Origin: Haplodiscus bocki
Lineage: Eukaryota
DNA: 64,000 nt
Assembly (NCBI GenBank): GCA_965655095.1
Contig: OZ296648.1
Coordinates: forward strand, 61,318,001-61,382,000
Direction: 5' to 3'
Shown: positions 12,268-25,611 of the stretch, in pieces
Position numbering within the stretch: the first letter of the stretch is position 1
How the letters are laid out: the number at the start of each line of letters is the position of its first letter
Translations under genes and position numbers: made by a program
Notes under the pieces: generated by a model
Told to the model about the DNA's origin: nothing
The model's database searches: none
What the model saw: only the letters and a program-made list of their open reading frames with translations

Positions 12268-15200
12268 GTAAGAGAAGTTTTCAAAGTTTTGGAATTTCAT
12301 CTCACAATCTTTATTTACATCAGTATAATTTGGATCATACTTGGGAAAAATATTATAAGTACATAGAAATATCGGAAGATTAGAGATTGAAAATTCTTAA
12401 TCATCAAGTGGTATCATTTCAATTTGGGGGGGATATCAATAATTTTTAACCTTAGTAATTAAGCTCGTAGAAGACCTGATTTCGTTTTTCGGATGCATGA
12501 AAAATCAAAAAAACACCCGGCTACCAACTGATAAACTTTTCAGCAAAATTACCATTTTATATGCCTACTACAGCAATTTTCACATTTTCTCTCAATTTTC
12601 AGAATTTTCATTTTTTCCAAAAAACCCCAAAATTTTGTCAAAAAAAGCAATTGAGAAAAATTTACCACTTTATTTGCATTCTACACTACATCAACTAACT
12701 TTTCTCGTCTTCCAGATTTTGAAAATACCAACTTTTTTTCCAAAAAAAACCTATTTTCGTAGCAAAGAAACAAATATTTTATTTGTATTCGCGCCAAATT
12801 TGCTTCAACTTTGCCAAAAAAATTTCATGAAGAAACAAAAACCCGCATTCGTGGAACTGGCAATTAAACGTTGAAAAAATGTCAGCTGCGAGATGTTGAT
12901 TTTGCTCCCATAATGAAATATAGCGGAAAATAATAACAAATATTACGATGCAAAGTTTCAAGGTTATCTAGGTAGGATACGCTTCAATTCATGGCGTGTC
13001 CTCAATAGTATGGATTGTCTGGAACGTGCAAATGGTACGCAGCTCTAAATTTGAGCCAGTTCATGATTTTCATAGAAGAGTCACAGTAGCAACGCTATAT
13101 CTGGCGACAAAATTTGCTCGAAAAATGAGATTTTTTCAAATAAAAAAAATTTTGAACAAATTTTGATCGTTTTTGGCAGCTGACAAAATCTGAAATTCTA
13201 ACTTTCCCATTTTGAGATTAGAATCACGTTCGATGATATCCGAGGTGAGAGCATATACGACTATGAGACAGCAAAAGTGAAACAGCAATCTTTTCTGAGT
13301 TTCTTTGCAGAAATTTCCATTAAAAACTAATTCGTTTGCGAATCTGGGCTTTTTTTCGTGTACGCGGCCCCAGCAAAAGGTCAATGGTATACTTAGGGTA
13401 ATTTTTGTAGTGATTTCAACGAAATTCACCTTGAGTCGAAGTCGAATGCTTACTACTATTCGCAGAAGATAAAAAACTAAAGATCTTTTGTGCTGTCTTT
13501 GATTAGCCAAAACTCGTCAATTTTCTCTTTGAGACCTAATGAGACTAGAACCAAATTCATTTAGAACCATAGTGAGATAATATACGCTGATAAAGACCTC
13601 AAATATGATACAAATTTCTGATGAAAGCAGTTTTCATGACATTTTTTGTGCTATGGACGTCCGTTAAATTTCAGCACTTTACAAAATTTCTACACAAATT
13701 GAGCTTTTCTTTGATAGCATTGTTCAAGCTAAATTGTGGTCCAGCAAACTGTTACGTGATTTTCCATTTTGCAGATTGGTAAAATTCGAATTATTTATTA
13801 ACGTAATTCGAAGCCCCAGGATTCGTTACGACAACCCACAAAACCTATAAACGACTTTTATTGAACTTTCAAGTGAAAATAAAGTCTGCTGAAAAAGTAC
13901 ATAAGACTACATACGATTATAAAGAGAGAAACGGAGAAAAAATGGATGTTTTTTTTCTGCTTGTTTTCTAGAAAAACCCTAAAAAACAAGCCCTTGGGAT
14001 GTCACGAGAATCTGCTCAACTCAATCGTACATTCTCTGGGGCAATAAAGTTTCATGTGAAAACTCACACTTATCAGTCAAAGAGGGGTACGGTTCCTAAG
14101 GTGCTGGGTTACAGACCCGAAAATTTTGGGATACTCACAAATCACGTTGGTGGTAGGAGGTTAATCGGTGAGAGAGCTCTGAGGTAAATCACACCTCAAA
14201 GTTACTCTTTTAATAAAACTGAACTAGGCGGTCCTTGGTTTTAAATTGTACCCACTTAAGTAAAACCTCTAGTGACTGTTGCAAAAATTATCCGAAAAGT
14301 GTACAAGAGAATACACTCTACAGCCTTCGGGATAAAATTGAGACGTCCAGTTCAAAACCATGCATTAGCCGGTACTGCAGACGTTTGATTGTCTACTTGA
14401 TTTCCGACAAGGAGATGCTACGTTGGTACCTTACCGACTTTGGGCTCTCGGATTTTAATCACCTTCTGGCGGACCGAGATTAAAGCGGGCTTTTATTTAT
14501 TTTTTACCCGTGCGGGGGTTAGAGTGATTTCCTCCTATTTCTCCTAAACGCCGCACTAATTCCATTAGCAACAAAGCCTTCACAAAGATGTCGTCACTTG
14601 AGCACGATTAAAGTTACGGCTGGAGTAGCTCGTTGCTAGGACCCAATTGCCGGTGGGCCAAAATACCCCGGAAAAAATTTATCGAACAGAACTAACATAG
14701 TAGGCTCATTCTAGCCAAGGAAGGAATAGTTTGCTTCGGATAGTTAAAAATCAACCATCCAGGAATATGAATCTCCAACGGTTTATTCATGGAAACGAAA
14801 CCCGGCGAATTGTCCGCTGATGAAAAACTACATCCTGGGTGAGCAAAGTTTTCCAATTGAAAAACCCGTTGGAGTTAGTATCAATCTGCAGCAAAACGAG
14901 TGCCAGACTTCGAAGCGGAAATGTTAAGTCAAGAAATGAATTTGAAAACAAAGCACGTGTCGTCTTTTAAAACATTCAAACCAACCAGATGTTCAAAAAC
15001 TACTTCTCATGGTTGATATAAACTTATCACGGAAAATATGTTTGTCCACGGAAGATCCTATCTCTGTTAATGAAACGTCAACGTGAAAAACTTTAGAATA
15101 AAACTCTTGTCGTTCACTACGTCTGGATTGCGAATTTTGACCCAAACGCAAGGGGGTGTTACTGTTTATGGAATTTCCAAGTCACAAAACCACTTTCAAT

Positions 15201-17467
15201 GTAATTCAAAACCCAATGCAAACGGCTTACCGCTGGCCATAGAAAAAATATTTCATTGAAGCTAAATTATCACATAGATGGTTTTTATTAACGTCCAGAA
15301 AAAGCTTCATTGAAACTTACTGCGCAAAGTCAAACGTTGAAGCCGTTCCTTATAGTGGCCGACCAAGAACCCATCCGAATATCCCACAAGAATATGTTTG
15401 ATGAAAAACCCAATTAATGCAACGGCCAACCGTTCGATGGAATCCCAACATTTCATGATCTCCACGTACCCGAGTATTTTCTTGCTAGTCCCGGACTGCT
15501 AAAACTTCAACTATTTTCCTCCGTTTTGAACGGTCCTATCTATACAAAAGCCTATTTTTAGATAGCTTATCTGCTCCAGTTGACATATGCCAGTCTGAAC
15601 CTGAGCAATTGTCGTAAAATCCACTGAGTTTGTGAGAAAGTTCAGACGCTGATCCAAAAATAGTCATTCTATGAAATTTCTAACTTTTATTATGGCAATG
15701 ATGCTATTCTATCTGACTGGTGTCCCATGATAGGGCAACCTCGTTGGACACTTGACATACCAAAAATGGAAGAAACAAAAAGTCCGTAAACGCCCGTCCT
15801 ATTTTTGTCTTTGTCAAAGTTTTGGTTCCGTTTGAACTCCGGTGTAACAGGAAGATGGATCGAAATTTCAGTACTCTTGATCACTTGCCTTGGCAATTCC
15901 GAAAATCAAGACTTGACATTCTCGCTCCCGTATTCCTTCCAGAGGTTAGTTACTTCTTAATGATTTTTTGAGTGAACTCAAAGTCAACCAAAGTAAAGAT
16001 TTTGTAAAGCTGATTAATATGCTTTGTGCCAATTGTGAAAGTTTTTGACTATATAGGATTTGTTGAATACGTATCAGAAGTTTTTTTTCCAAGTCAATTT
16101 GACTTTAAATGCTCGCCGTTAAATTTATGACTTCGATTTTCGGCGTTTTATGATTTGGCTTTTGGGGTATCCTCAATGATTCTGAATGTTTTTAGGTTAG
16201 TTTCCAGGTTCCGAATAATCTATCTTACACTTCACATACATTTACTTTTTCGAAGAAAAAGAGCGGAAAAATTTTTTAATCCCAGAACTTTTCATTCAGC
16301 GCAGTTAAAGTTCCGATAACTGCAGAAAAATTTGGTTGGGATTACCCAAAAACTGAAGGCATAGCAATAAATTTTAAGATTATGGCATGTAAATTAAAAA
16401 CATCACTGTGCTTGATTCCTTGTATCTAGTGTCACGTTATTTGATATTGTAACTGCTGTTGTAAACAGTCATTTAAAATTGGACGACTGGCTACCACCGG
16501 CAAATCTCCGCTTTCCAATTTTGGTAAAAATGACATTTGAGTCGCATTCTACGGCAAACTTGCTAAAATTTGGCTGTGAATAGGAGAAAAAAGTCATCTG
16601 ATTCAAGGAAAACTTTTAAATACTGCAATATATTGCAAAGTAAAACTGTAATCCATATCATCAGCGATGGGATTTACTTATAGTTAATATCGAGAAACCT
16701 TTAGTTTTGTCGCGTTATGATTAACGCTTAAACAAATGTGCCGTATTCCTCAGATATGCGCAGTAAGCAAATGAACAGCTATTGATTAATGGTTAACAAA
16801 AAACCTGCAGACGCTTTTATACGCTTGATTAAATTAGCAGGGAATATCAGTCCCAGGTTTATATTAAATCAATAATTGAATTTCGCTTAACCAAGGAACT
16901 TCAGCTGCCGTTGTAGTTGAATCAATAAATAACTAGGGAACTTTAAAGAGTTGTTTAATTAATGACCTTTGCAAACAAGACAAAGAGTTGCAGATGTTAA
17001 TAACTAACCAGGAGGAACTCGATACAAGATGACAGGCACGGGGAAATAATAAAAAGGAAGGTGTCGACATAGGGGTGGCAATAATAGTCAGTATAAAAGC
17101 AAGCTGAAAGCATTAGGATTGCACGGATGAAGAAAAAAAGCAAAAATTCTTGAGAGTTGAAACGTGGTTCAGCGCAATTGGTTCTGATATTCAAACTTCC
17201 AGACATAAGCAACGCTCCTATTGGTTTCATGATATGGCGACATACTTTCATTCGAGACTCGATCTGCAGAACAATGAACATCATTCCAACCCACTTCCAG
17301 ACCCTGGAGAAGGTTGCCAATAAATAGAACTTCTCTCTTCTCTCACGTCAATCTGCCAATAGAAAATTTAACTAAAAATTTCTTAAGTCTTGATTTCGTA
17401 AAAAATTAGAAAATTTCCCCAAAATCAACAATTACACATTTGCAGCATCCAACGAAAATCACATCTC

Positions 17468-17577
17468 TCGCAACAACCAGCATTCACGCAGCAACCAGCA
17501 CCCTCACAACAATCGGCATTCAAGCAGCAACCAGCACCCTTGCAACATCCAGCATTTACCCATCAATCAGCAACTGC
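17468..17577 (+). repeat. 18-bp coding-like tandem repeat (QQPAF/QQPAP)
   Basis: About six units of CARCAACCAGCA(TTC/CCC)nnn with the frame preserved. Confidence 0.7.
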
Positions 17578-18299
17578 GTGACCGATGCCAGCCTCCGTTA
17601 GTTATCATTAGGGTTACTAGGAGAAGACATCTCCCTAGCTGTTGACTTAGGATTACCTGCCTGGTAGTCGATTGAATATCACCGTACCGAGGTGTCTTTT
17701 TATAATAAGACTTAGAATAATTTGTAAAAGTAAAACACATGTAGGGTATCCTATAAATCCTGAAATACTGGTCTGGATTACGGCGCAACTTGGAAGGACT
17801 GACCAATTGGCTGTCTAAACTGACTAGCGCCTTAGTCGTTGATAAAAATAAAACTTTAATTACTGGTGCTCTATAAGCCTGGATGGTATCTCCCAGCGTG
17901 AGGCGAATTGCCAGCCCTAATATTAATGCTCAGTAGTCGAGTGGGCACTACTGCACTGAGGAGATTTTTTATACTAAGAGTAGCCTAAAAATAAAATGCA
18001 TGTAATTGAACTCCCGCCCTATAAGCCTGGATGGCATCTCCCAGCATGGATCAAAGCGCGACTAGGAGACTTAACCCGTTGGCCTGGTTATTAAAATCCA
18101 AGAGCAGAGCGAATGAGGTTGAGATAAAACGTTAAACAAACTGTAAAACAAACTGGCAAAAAAGTCGACTAGACAAGACGAGAGTGCACACCACCCGCAC
18201 TAATCAAAAAGTAAAATGGTGCATGCTTTATGTTTGTTCTATTTACGGAAGTTCGAGCTCCGACAAAAGCTAAGTTTATAAAAGTTTAAATTTTGATGA

Positions 18300-18492
18300 T
18301 TTGATTTTATAATTCCTTGGGACTAAATTGAAAGACTCCAATTTTCATATTTGATTTATAATTAATTTGGACTAAATTGAAAGAGTCCAAACTCCATCTT
18401 TGGTTTCGTAAATTCTTACATGGGCTAACTTAAACGAGCCAATTTCTTTGATTGATGTTATAATTTCAATTCGGACTAAATTGAACGAGTCT
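18300..18492. repeat. ~50-bp degenerate tandem repeat (4 units)
   Basis: GGACTAAATTGAAAGA-like motif recurs at ~18320, 18369, 18423 and 18473. Confidence 0.6.
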
Positions 18493-19244
18493 GAATTGGT
18501 GTAATTGAATTTTTACTTTTATACCTAATATAAAACAACTCTGATGTTACTCGATTTATAACTTCTATAAATTCCTATTAATCATGGCATGCCCTGCTAA
18601 CCCTGCTGTTGAATGTCTAACTTCACTGTTGTATAAATTGTTGCCTTTCTAAAAGATTTACTGATTAATTTAAAATAAGACCGGTTAATCAATAACTGAG
18701 ATTTAAAACCGAATTTCTATACAATTTCCTTAGGCTAAAATTGTGTTGGAATAAAAGAAACGAAAGTCAACAATATTGTGTGAAATAGAGGACCATGTGG
18801 CAATCTCCGCAATGCTATCCCACGTTCACACCCCCAGACAGAGCAAAGTAAATTCCCTTTGCACACGTGCAGTCACATTTCTCCCACGATTCAACATGCT
18901 GAATTTTCCGTGTTGATAATTTAATATTCTTTTGTATTCTTCTTTATAGCTCACAAGTCCTTGCTTCAATTCAAGCAATCCCTTTAATCGCACGGTTAAG
19001 CAAGGCACACTTAAAGAGACTTCCAAATAATAACCGTCGCTATAATGCAGCAGTGTTGACTGAGTCAACCGCCGGCACGACTGAATAAATACAGATTTGC
19101 AAAACCCCTATAACGTCCGACAGTTTATAAGAAATCCTAAGACTGTTGAAAGAGTCAAGCATCAAATACTCAATTTCTGAGCTCAACACTTTAAGAAACA
19201 AATCATCTCACGGAAAAATGGCAAGTTTGACCATTTTATTTTAG

Positions 19245-19371
19245 TCTGAAAAACCGGAGAAATCTCCGAGAGCAGTTCAGTCGTGCAATATCGAGAGGTC
19301 TTGTGGAAATGAAAATAAAGAAGCCAAGCAAAACTCCAATCAATGGACTCATCGAAAATGCTGTTGTCGAA
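19245..19371 (+). CDS. TBC-like host gene, exon 9 (SLKNRRNLREQFSRAISRGLVEMKIKKPSKTPINGLIENAVVE)
   Basis: TTTTATTTTAG acceptor, GTTAGT donor, 127 nt. Phase 2 to 0 exactly bridges exons 8 and 10. Not in the ORF track. Confidence 0.85.
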
Positions 19372-19666
19372 GTTAGTCACGTTTTCCAAGCACATGTGTA
19401 AAAATTGAGTTCAAATTCATGTTCAGGTAGTTGGTCGTGCAATCGACCCCTTGGTAAATCATAGAGTTTTTCAAACTTTTCGCCTAGTTTATTTTTGTTC
19501 CAATCAATACCTTTCTTTCTAGGACCTCTACCACAAAATGGAACATTCATGCAAAATCTTGCCTATCACGTTGAAAAATTACGTAAATCACGTCACTAAA
19601 ATCGCAAAGCTTCTTGCCAAAACGGCAACTAATTGACTGGATTCGCTTTTTCGGCTTTGCTCAAAA

Positions 19667-19856
19667 CGGTGGCGTGAGCAAGTGTCTGACCCCAAAATAC
19701 CCATTAACAGAGTACCCAACCATAAAGTTCCCAAAGTCACGAATTACTCGAGCCTGAAATAAACAAAACAAAAATACCTGAGCCCAAAATACCTAAAACC
19801 TAAATATCAAACGTCCCAAATTACCCAACTTTCAAGTAATCCTACTGATTAGGTAA
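19667..19856 (+). repeat. Solo arm of the CCAAAATACCCA repeat family
   Basis: Starts CGGTGGCG like the reverse complement of the 24162 end and ends in ATTAGGT like the arm at 21590-21780. Confidence 0.55.
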
Positions 19857-20928
19857 TCAACAAGGTTCGGACGCTAAAAATGTCCAGACGGTTTTGATTA
19901 CGTTATCTCGTTACTATTTTTTACAGCGGTCCTAAAATGCAACTTCTAAAAATGTATACCTTTGATTGCAAATTTCTCATAAGCTAAGAAGTCGATCAGA
20001 AAGCCATAAAATGAACAGATTCATAGATTTTTTGTGCAGATTGAAGCAAGTTTTGGTCGTTAATGTTTGGATATAATTGAGGAGTTTTGAGAATACAATT
20101 TTCATTTCTTACCAAAATATGGTATCCTGATTAATTATTTAAAATTTCAAGAACAATGTCAAAATCACTATAATAGTATGCTTTTTGACCAGGCGCGAAC
20201 TGAAAATAGCTGAGAATTTATATATTTTTTTTGAGAATTATCACTTTATTTCAAACTTTTCTCGACCCTCAGTCATTTTTAGTTGGTGCTGTGTTGAAAA
20301 GCATATTCTTATAAAGATTCTGTTAATTCTGTTATTTTTTAAAAGTATAAAAAATTAACCATGATAACCCATTTTGGTATACTGCTTTTATGTTTGGGTT
20401 TCATGATAAAAATGTTTTGGAGAAAGTATGGGCCACAATTATGGATTTTTGGCAATAAAAATTATTCTTTGTCCCATGAAGCTGACCACATGTCCGATAT
20501 TTATTGGCCATATTTCAAATTGTTGTCTGAAGCTGCGGAAAATCACCTTCTGCCTCCCTGAACATCCTTGACTTGGAGCGTTGAATATTATCATGCGCCA
20601 AAAATTCCTTGCTTAACATTAATAGTAAAATTATTTTAAAATTCACAACTCTTTCTTCATTGCAATTATCCGATTCGTGACGCCAGCTTTCTCACTTCAT
20701 TCAGTGCCAGTTCGGAGATGGTTTAGCAGAGCGGATAAAAGACAAAATATCTGATCAAAAATTCATTACTTTCCACCCATACTTATATATGGAAGGAAAA
20801 TCATGCACCGGCAGCGTCCGTTTTTTACGCTTACTTGCCAATTGCACGATTTTACGAGATTCTAACTTTTTGATGATTCTAAAAGTTCGACCCGGGAGAG
20901 TCGTATTTTCATTAACATTCTTTTTCAG

Positions 20929-21094
20929 ATGTACGACAAGACAGCATGCATGCAAGCGTACAACAGTGTGCCTCACATGAAGGAGACAGTGAGCATTCTC
21001 AACATTCTCTTCTGCTACAACAGGAGTTATGAGTCATACTGGGTGTACTGGCTGTACCCGCTTCAGATATCGATGGCCGATCATCAATCCCAAG
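20929..21094 (+). CDS. TBC-like host gene, exon 10 (MYDKTACMQAY...YWVYWLYPLQISMADHQSQ)
   Basis: TTTTTCAG acceptor, GTAATT donor, phase 0 to 1. Confidence 0.9.
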
Positions 21095-21589
21095 GTAATT
21101 TATTCATGATACTGAAAAGAGATTCATTCAAAGAGATAGCCTTTGTAACATTGGACTGTTCGATCGAATCACGACTATAAACGAACGTCGGACTATAAAA
21201 GTAAGTCGGACAGAACATTTTACTATGTCTGCATAACATCTTCGAGGACACCATTTGCCAAAATACTTGACTAAGGTCAATAACTTTAATCAAAAATCAG
21301 TCATTTAGTTTGATTCATATGGTGCTAAATAAAATTTCTACGTAATATTTATTTTAATAAGTATAAGTAGAAGTGAAAGGTACCAACTTTTGCTATTCAG
21401 TTTATGAAAAATTGTTTTGAAATCTCTTTACGAAAGAGTAAAGAGTAATATGCGATGACTTTCTCACTTTTGCAAAATTTATTTTTTTTAATTATATACT
21501 GTGGGAGAATATATTTGCAGGAGGTTTAATTTTATGAGAACTAGGGTCCAATCAATTTCAAACTTTCAAAATTTAGCGATCGTATGCTA

Positions 21590-24162
21590 CAGTGGGTTCC
21601 ATCCCAAAACATCCAAACCCCAAAAAAACCCAAAAAAACAAGGCTAAAATACCTAAAGTGATAAAATACCCGGGGCCAAAATACCCAGTATCCAAAATAC
21701 ACAGAGCCAAAATACCCAACGTCCCAAAATAATCAAAGCTAAAAGACCCAAGATTGAAAAATTATACTAATTAGGTCATTCAAAGCGTCCTAAAGTTGAA
21801 AGTATTCAAAATACTTGAAATTTGCATAAATATCTAATGCATTTTTGTAAATACGATGATAAATAATACCACCAGTTAAAATGAATTCTAAAGGCAATTT
21901 ATATACACTGCACAAAATTACCACCACATCTTGCATCTACTTGCGAAAATTTTCTATTTTCGAAATTGAAGTTTTCAGAAAATCGAAAAAATTTTATGAA
22001 ACTTCTGATAAGAAGGATATTTTGGAGAATCTATTCAGAAAAAGGTGGATAAATTTGACTTAAATTATCAAAGTTCAATATTGGCGCTTTTCATCATTGT
22101 GGCAAAAAATTGGCAAACCAAATGAATGGGGTTGTCGGACAAGGTTCCAGCTCTAGAAGACTGAGTACGTGAACGAATCGTTAATATAACTATACTGGGA
22201 GGGTTCTGTATGAAGTTCTCAATCAAATTAGTTACGTTAGGGACTTGTTGGCTGATCGGAGCCAAATTTAGACTGATCTGCGTATCGACTTGCTCTTGAG
22301 TATGCGTGGATTCAAATTTTCTTTCATTTCCCTCAGAAATTCCAGTGTTTTGGATATCAGCAATGTTGTTTTCAGACATTTTCATATACTGGGAGTTGCT
22401 GTAACTTTTACCATTCTTGAGCGTCATATTCATTGAGATAACTAGCATGCAATTAATGAAGACTTGTTGGCTTTTCCTGCCGATGGATTTAGGTGAAGTT
22501 AGAATAGTATACCCAATATACAGATGATTTATTAGTGCTAGTCAATGAAAAGTGAGAGCCAAATACTCGCGCCACCTTTTATATTGTTTTTTTTGGTGGA
22601 AATATCTGGTCCTGTAACGATGGTGATCATGGAGCTAGACCATGAATTCCGACGTTAATTGCTTTTTCGCTGAAATGCTAGCGAGAATACGTACATTTAC
22701 AATTTATCGCTCTTTCAATTATTTGATGAATGCAGATGAAAAAATAATCATTAAGATGTAGAAGCATGACTCTCGAAATTATTACGGATTGAAGCCGATG
22801 AATTTTAGGAAATACTACAATCAAGTTGAAAAGTGAGCTGGCATCGGTTCAACCAAGCAAATGAAAACCAATGGAGTTTATTCTTCACTAAGAAGTAGTA
22901 AATAGTGTTATTCGTGTTACAGATGAAAACCGTTAAAAGTTTTAATCACAATGAAAAAATGAAATTTTTACAGCATTGCTGTGATGAAGGTTTTCTTTTT
23001 CCGATAAAAACTGGTGAAATCAAATCCCTCCTTAGTTCATTCGGTTAACGCTGATATTATTGTTAGTGTGTCTCCTACAGGCAGAGTCCTTGTTTTTACT
23101 ATAGAGGATTCTTCAAACCAGCGAAAACATCAAAAGGATGCTTTCCGATGAAATTATGTCCCGGCTAATTTGTGCAACAAAAGTACTTCAAATAGCTGGG
23201 CCACTACACAGGACATTCTTTTTGGTTTTTGATAGTCCAGTCGGAGCTTGCCAGTGTTTGTAAGTTTTTCTTTAATAAGTATAGTCTTGCACATTCGAGC
23301 TCTCACCGGATTATAGCACAATTGTATTAGTATGTTTCTGCACATTTAGTTTTCAGTGGATGAATGTGCTTTATAAGTTTAGCAATTCCTGTACTACATG
23401 TTACATATGGTTGTGTAATTGGTTTTCTATAATAGATAATCGCGTTGATATTGTGGGGAAAAGAAGTTGTAATGCATTTTTACTTTTGTGCGGAATTTGG
23501 CTACAGTCATAGAGTTACAAACAAAACAGATATGAAGGTTTTTCACATGAAGGCATGACAGAGGGCTTTGACAGGAGGAATCACATTTTTTGACTCACAA
23601 TGCCAAAATCTTTGTGCATCAAGTGTTCAAAATATTTCTCGTAAATTACAAAGTTGAAGATTATGGATGGCCACAAAGAAAAAAATATAAATGAAATTTA
23701 ACTCCGGAATTTCAAAAACCAAAACTTTAGAAAATAGCTTTTGTGTTAAAATTTTTGGAGAATCACGGACTTTAGGAAACTTCTGAAAACTCATTAATTT
23801 TTCAACTTAAGCTAGATTGAGCATTGGTTTTTAAAATATTCTCGACATTTTCAAACAAACTAATGATGCCACTCATTCCCAAATTTTTGAGCGACATTGC
23901 TTAGCTACAAATTATTTTGATCTAGTAACACCACTATTTTACAAGATCCTTAGAATTAGGTAAATCGGAGCGTCTTGAAACTTTAGTAAATAATTCAATA
24001 AGTATGATTATTTCAATTTTGGTCTTTTCGGTCTTGTTCATTTTGGCTCTGGGTGTTCTGGCCTTGGGTATTTTGGACTTGGGTATTTTTACCTTGAGTA
24101 ATCTGGCCTTAGGTTATTTTGGCTTTGGGTATTTTGCGTTTGGGTATTTTGTACCGCCACCG
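21590..24162. mobile_element. Foldback-type element (or two facing arms) with 15-bp CCAAAATACCCA repeats
   Basis: Arm 21590-21780 and arm ~24000-24162 are reverse complements of each other. No clear TSD. Confidence 0.5.
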
Positions 24163-24270
24163 CTACTTAGTCGGTGATCGCAACTGGTTCTACAATGCTC
24201 CATAAAACTGCAATCAGAATAGCGTTAGTTTTTTATTACGAATTGTCACTTCGAAATATACTTTTTTCAG

Positions 24271-24452
24271 AGGAGCACCCTTTCAACTTGAGTATGTATT
24301 TGGACATCTTAGTTCGTTCTTGCTACTTCAAATGGCCCGAAATCCTTCTTATTAGTCAAAACGTTATTAAACGGGTTCAGAATGCAGACAGCAACTTCTA
24401 CAATCATCTGATGGACGCTTGTCTCCGAGATACAGAAAATCTTGAAATAAAA
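24271..24452 (+). CDS. TBC-like host gene, exon 11 (EEHPFNLSMYLDILVR...DTENLEIK)
   Basis: TTTTTTCAG acceptor, GTATGA donor, phase 1 to 0. 'DSNFYNHL' resembles the TBC 'xPxLxxHL' helix. Confidence 0.9.
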
Positions 24453-24955
24453 GTATGACAGTTACCTGCTATTGTTTCAATTGATCTTTAACCTTTTCTA
24501 AATCACTGCGGTTAATTACTGCACAAAATTCAGAAAATAATTGTCAAAGGTAATCAAAATTCGCGTAGCTGGTCATAGGTTATCGTAAGTATCAAAAACT
24601 GCTCTCAGTCTCAGGTTTAGCACTTGTGGTTGAACTTTGTAGAAATAAGCTATGCAAAAAAGTTTCTCATTTTCTCCCCATCAACAGAGAGTGCATCAAT
24701 TCTCATCCCCGAGAGCGCATATTTTTCCGATTAAACTTTTGAAACTTTTGACCTATTGAAAGTAAATCGATTGATTGGTCCATTCTCTATTGATGCGTGA
24801 AAAAGTAAGGCGAGTAAAATTAAAAATAAGTAATGACTAACACGAGGGTGGATAGTATCAACTCAGATGAATGCTCGCTTGAACATGAGATTGTGGGACC
24901 TGATAGCAAGTTTATCGTTCTCACTGGTTGGATTGGTGGTTCAGAAACTATCGCG

Positions 24956-25362
24956 TAGGCATGTGCGATTCAGGGATTTTTTGATCAATTCAATTCCAGT
25001 TCAATTTGAGGGCATGAATTCAAAATCAATTCAATGCAAGGCGTCTTGAAATTCCAAAAATAGTCACGCGGAAAATCACCATTTTATGGATATATTTGCT
25101 TTTACGATTCCCGCCGTAGCTTTCTGCAGTACGTTTGATTCAAAATTTTTAGTTTTTGGATAGCAAATACTAATTTTACGTCGTCTAAATTGTGTCAAAT
25201 CGAAGCACAAAAATTTGTGATACTTAACGGCAATTTTGTTGCCAACAAAAATGTTAACGAATTGAATTGTAAATTTCAATTCGCAACAATTTAGTAAATT
25301 CAATTCAATCCAGGGGAAATAATTGAATTTCAATTCTCAATTCAATGAACCGCACACGCCTA
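24956..25362. mobile_element. hAT-type MITE
   Basis: TIRs TAGGCATGTGCGATTCA / TGAACCGCACACGCCTA; 8-bp TSD CTATCGCG / CTATCGTG (7 of 8 match); AATTC-repeat interior. Confidence 0.8.
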
Positions 25363-25395
25363 CTATCGTGTTCTGATCGCTCTGTGTTACTTCAG

Positions 25396-25611
25396 GATTT
25401 CATTGGTGGTTTGATGAAGATGGAAGAATCGAAAGCGAAAGAGATACAAAAGCATATTTCAACAAATGACCCTTCGGGAACCTCACCAACAGCAACCGGA
25501 GATCAAGATCGGCCGGATACTTCTGACTCAACAACTTCCAGCTACTTGAGTACCCTGACAAAAGAGGACCTCTGCAGTCCCGTTATTTTCGTCAGAAAAT
25601 GGATCGGAGAG
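25396..25611 (+). CDS. TBC-like host gene, exon 12 (DFIGGLMKMEE...PVIFVRKWIGE)
   Basis: TTCAG acceptor, GTAAGT donor, 216 nt, phase 0/0. Confidence 0.9.

Noticed and set aside
14750-15900. Possible Gypsy integrase relic on the minus strand
   Set aside because: Only a faint GH...FFW resemblance across several stops; too weak to call without a search.
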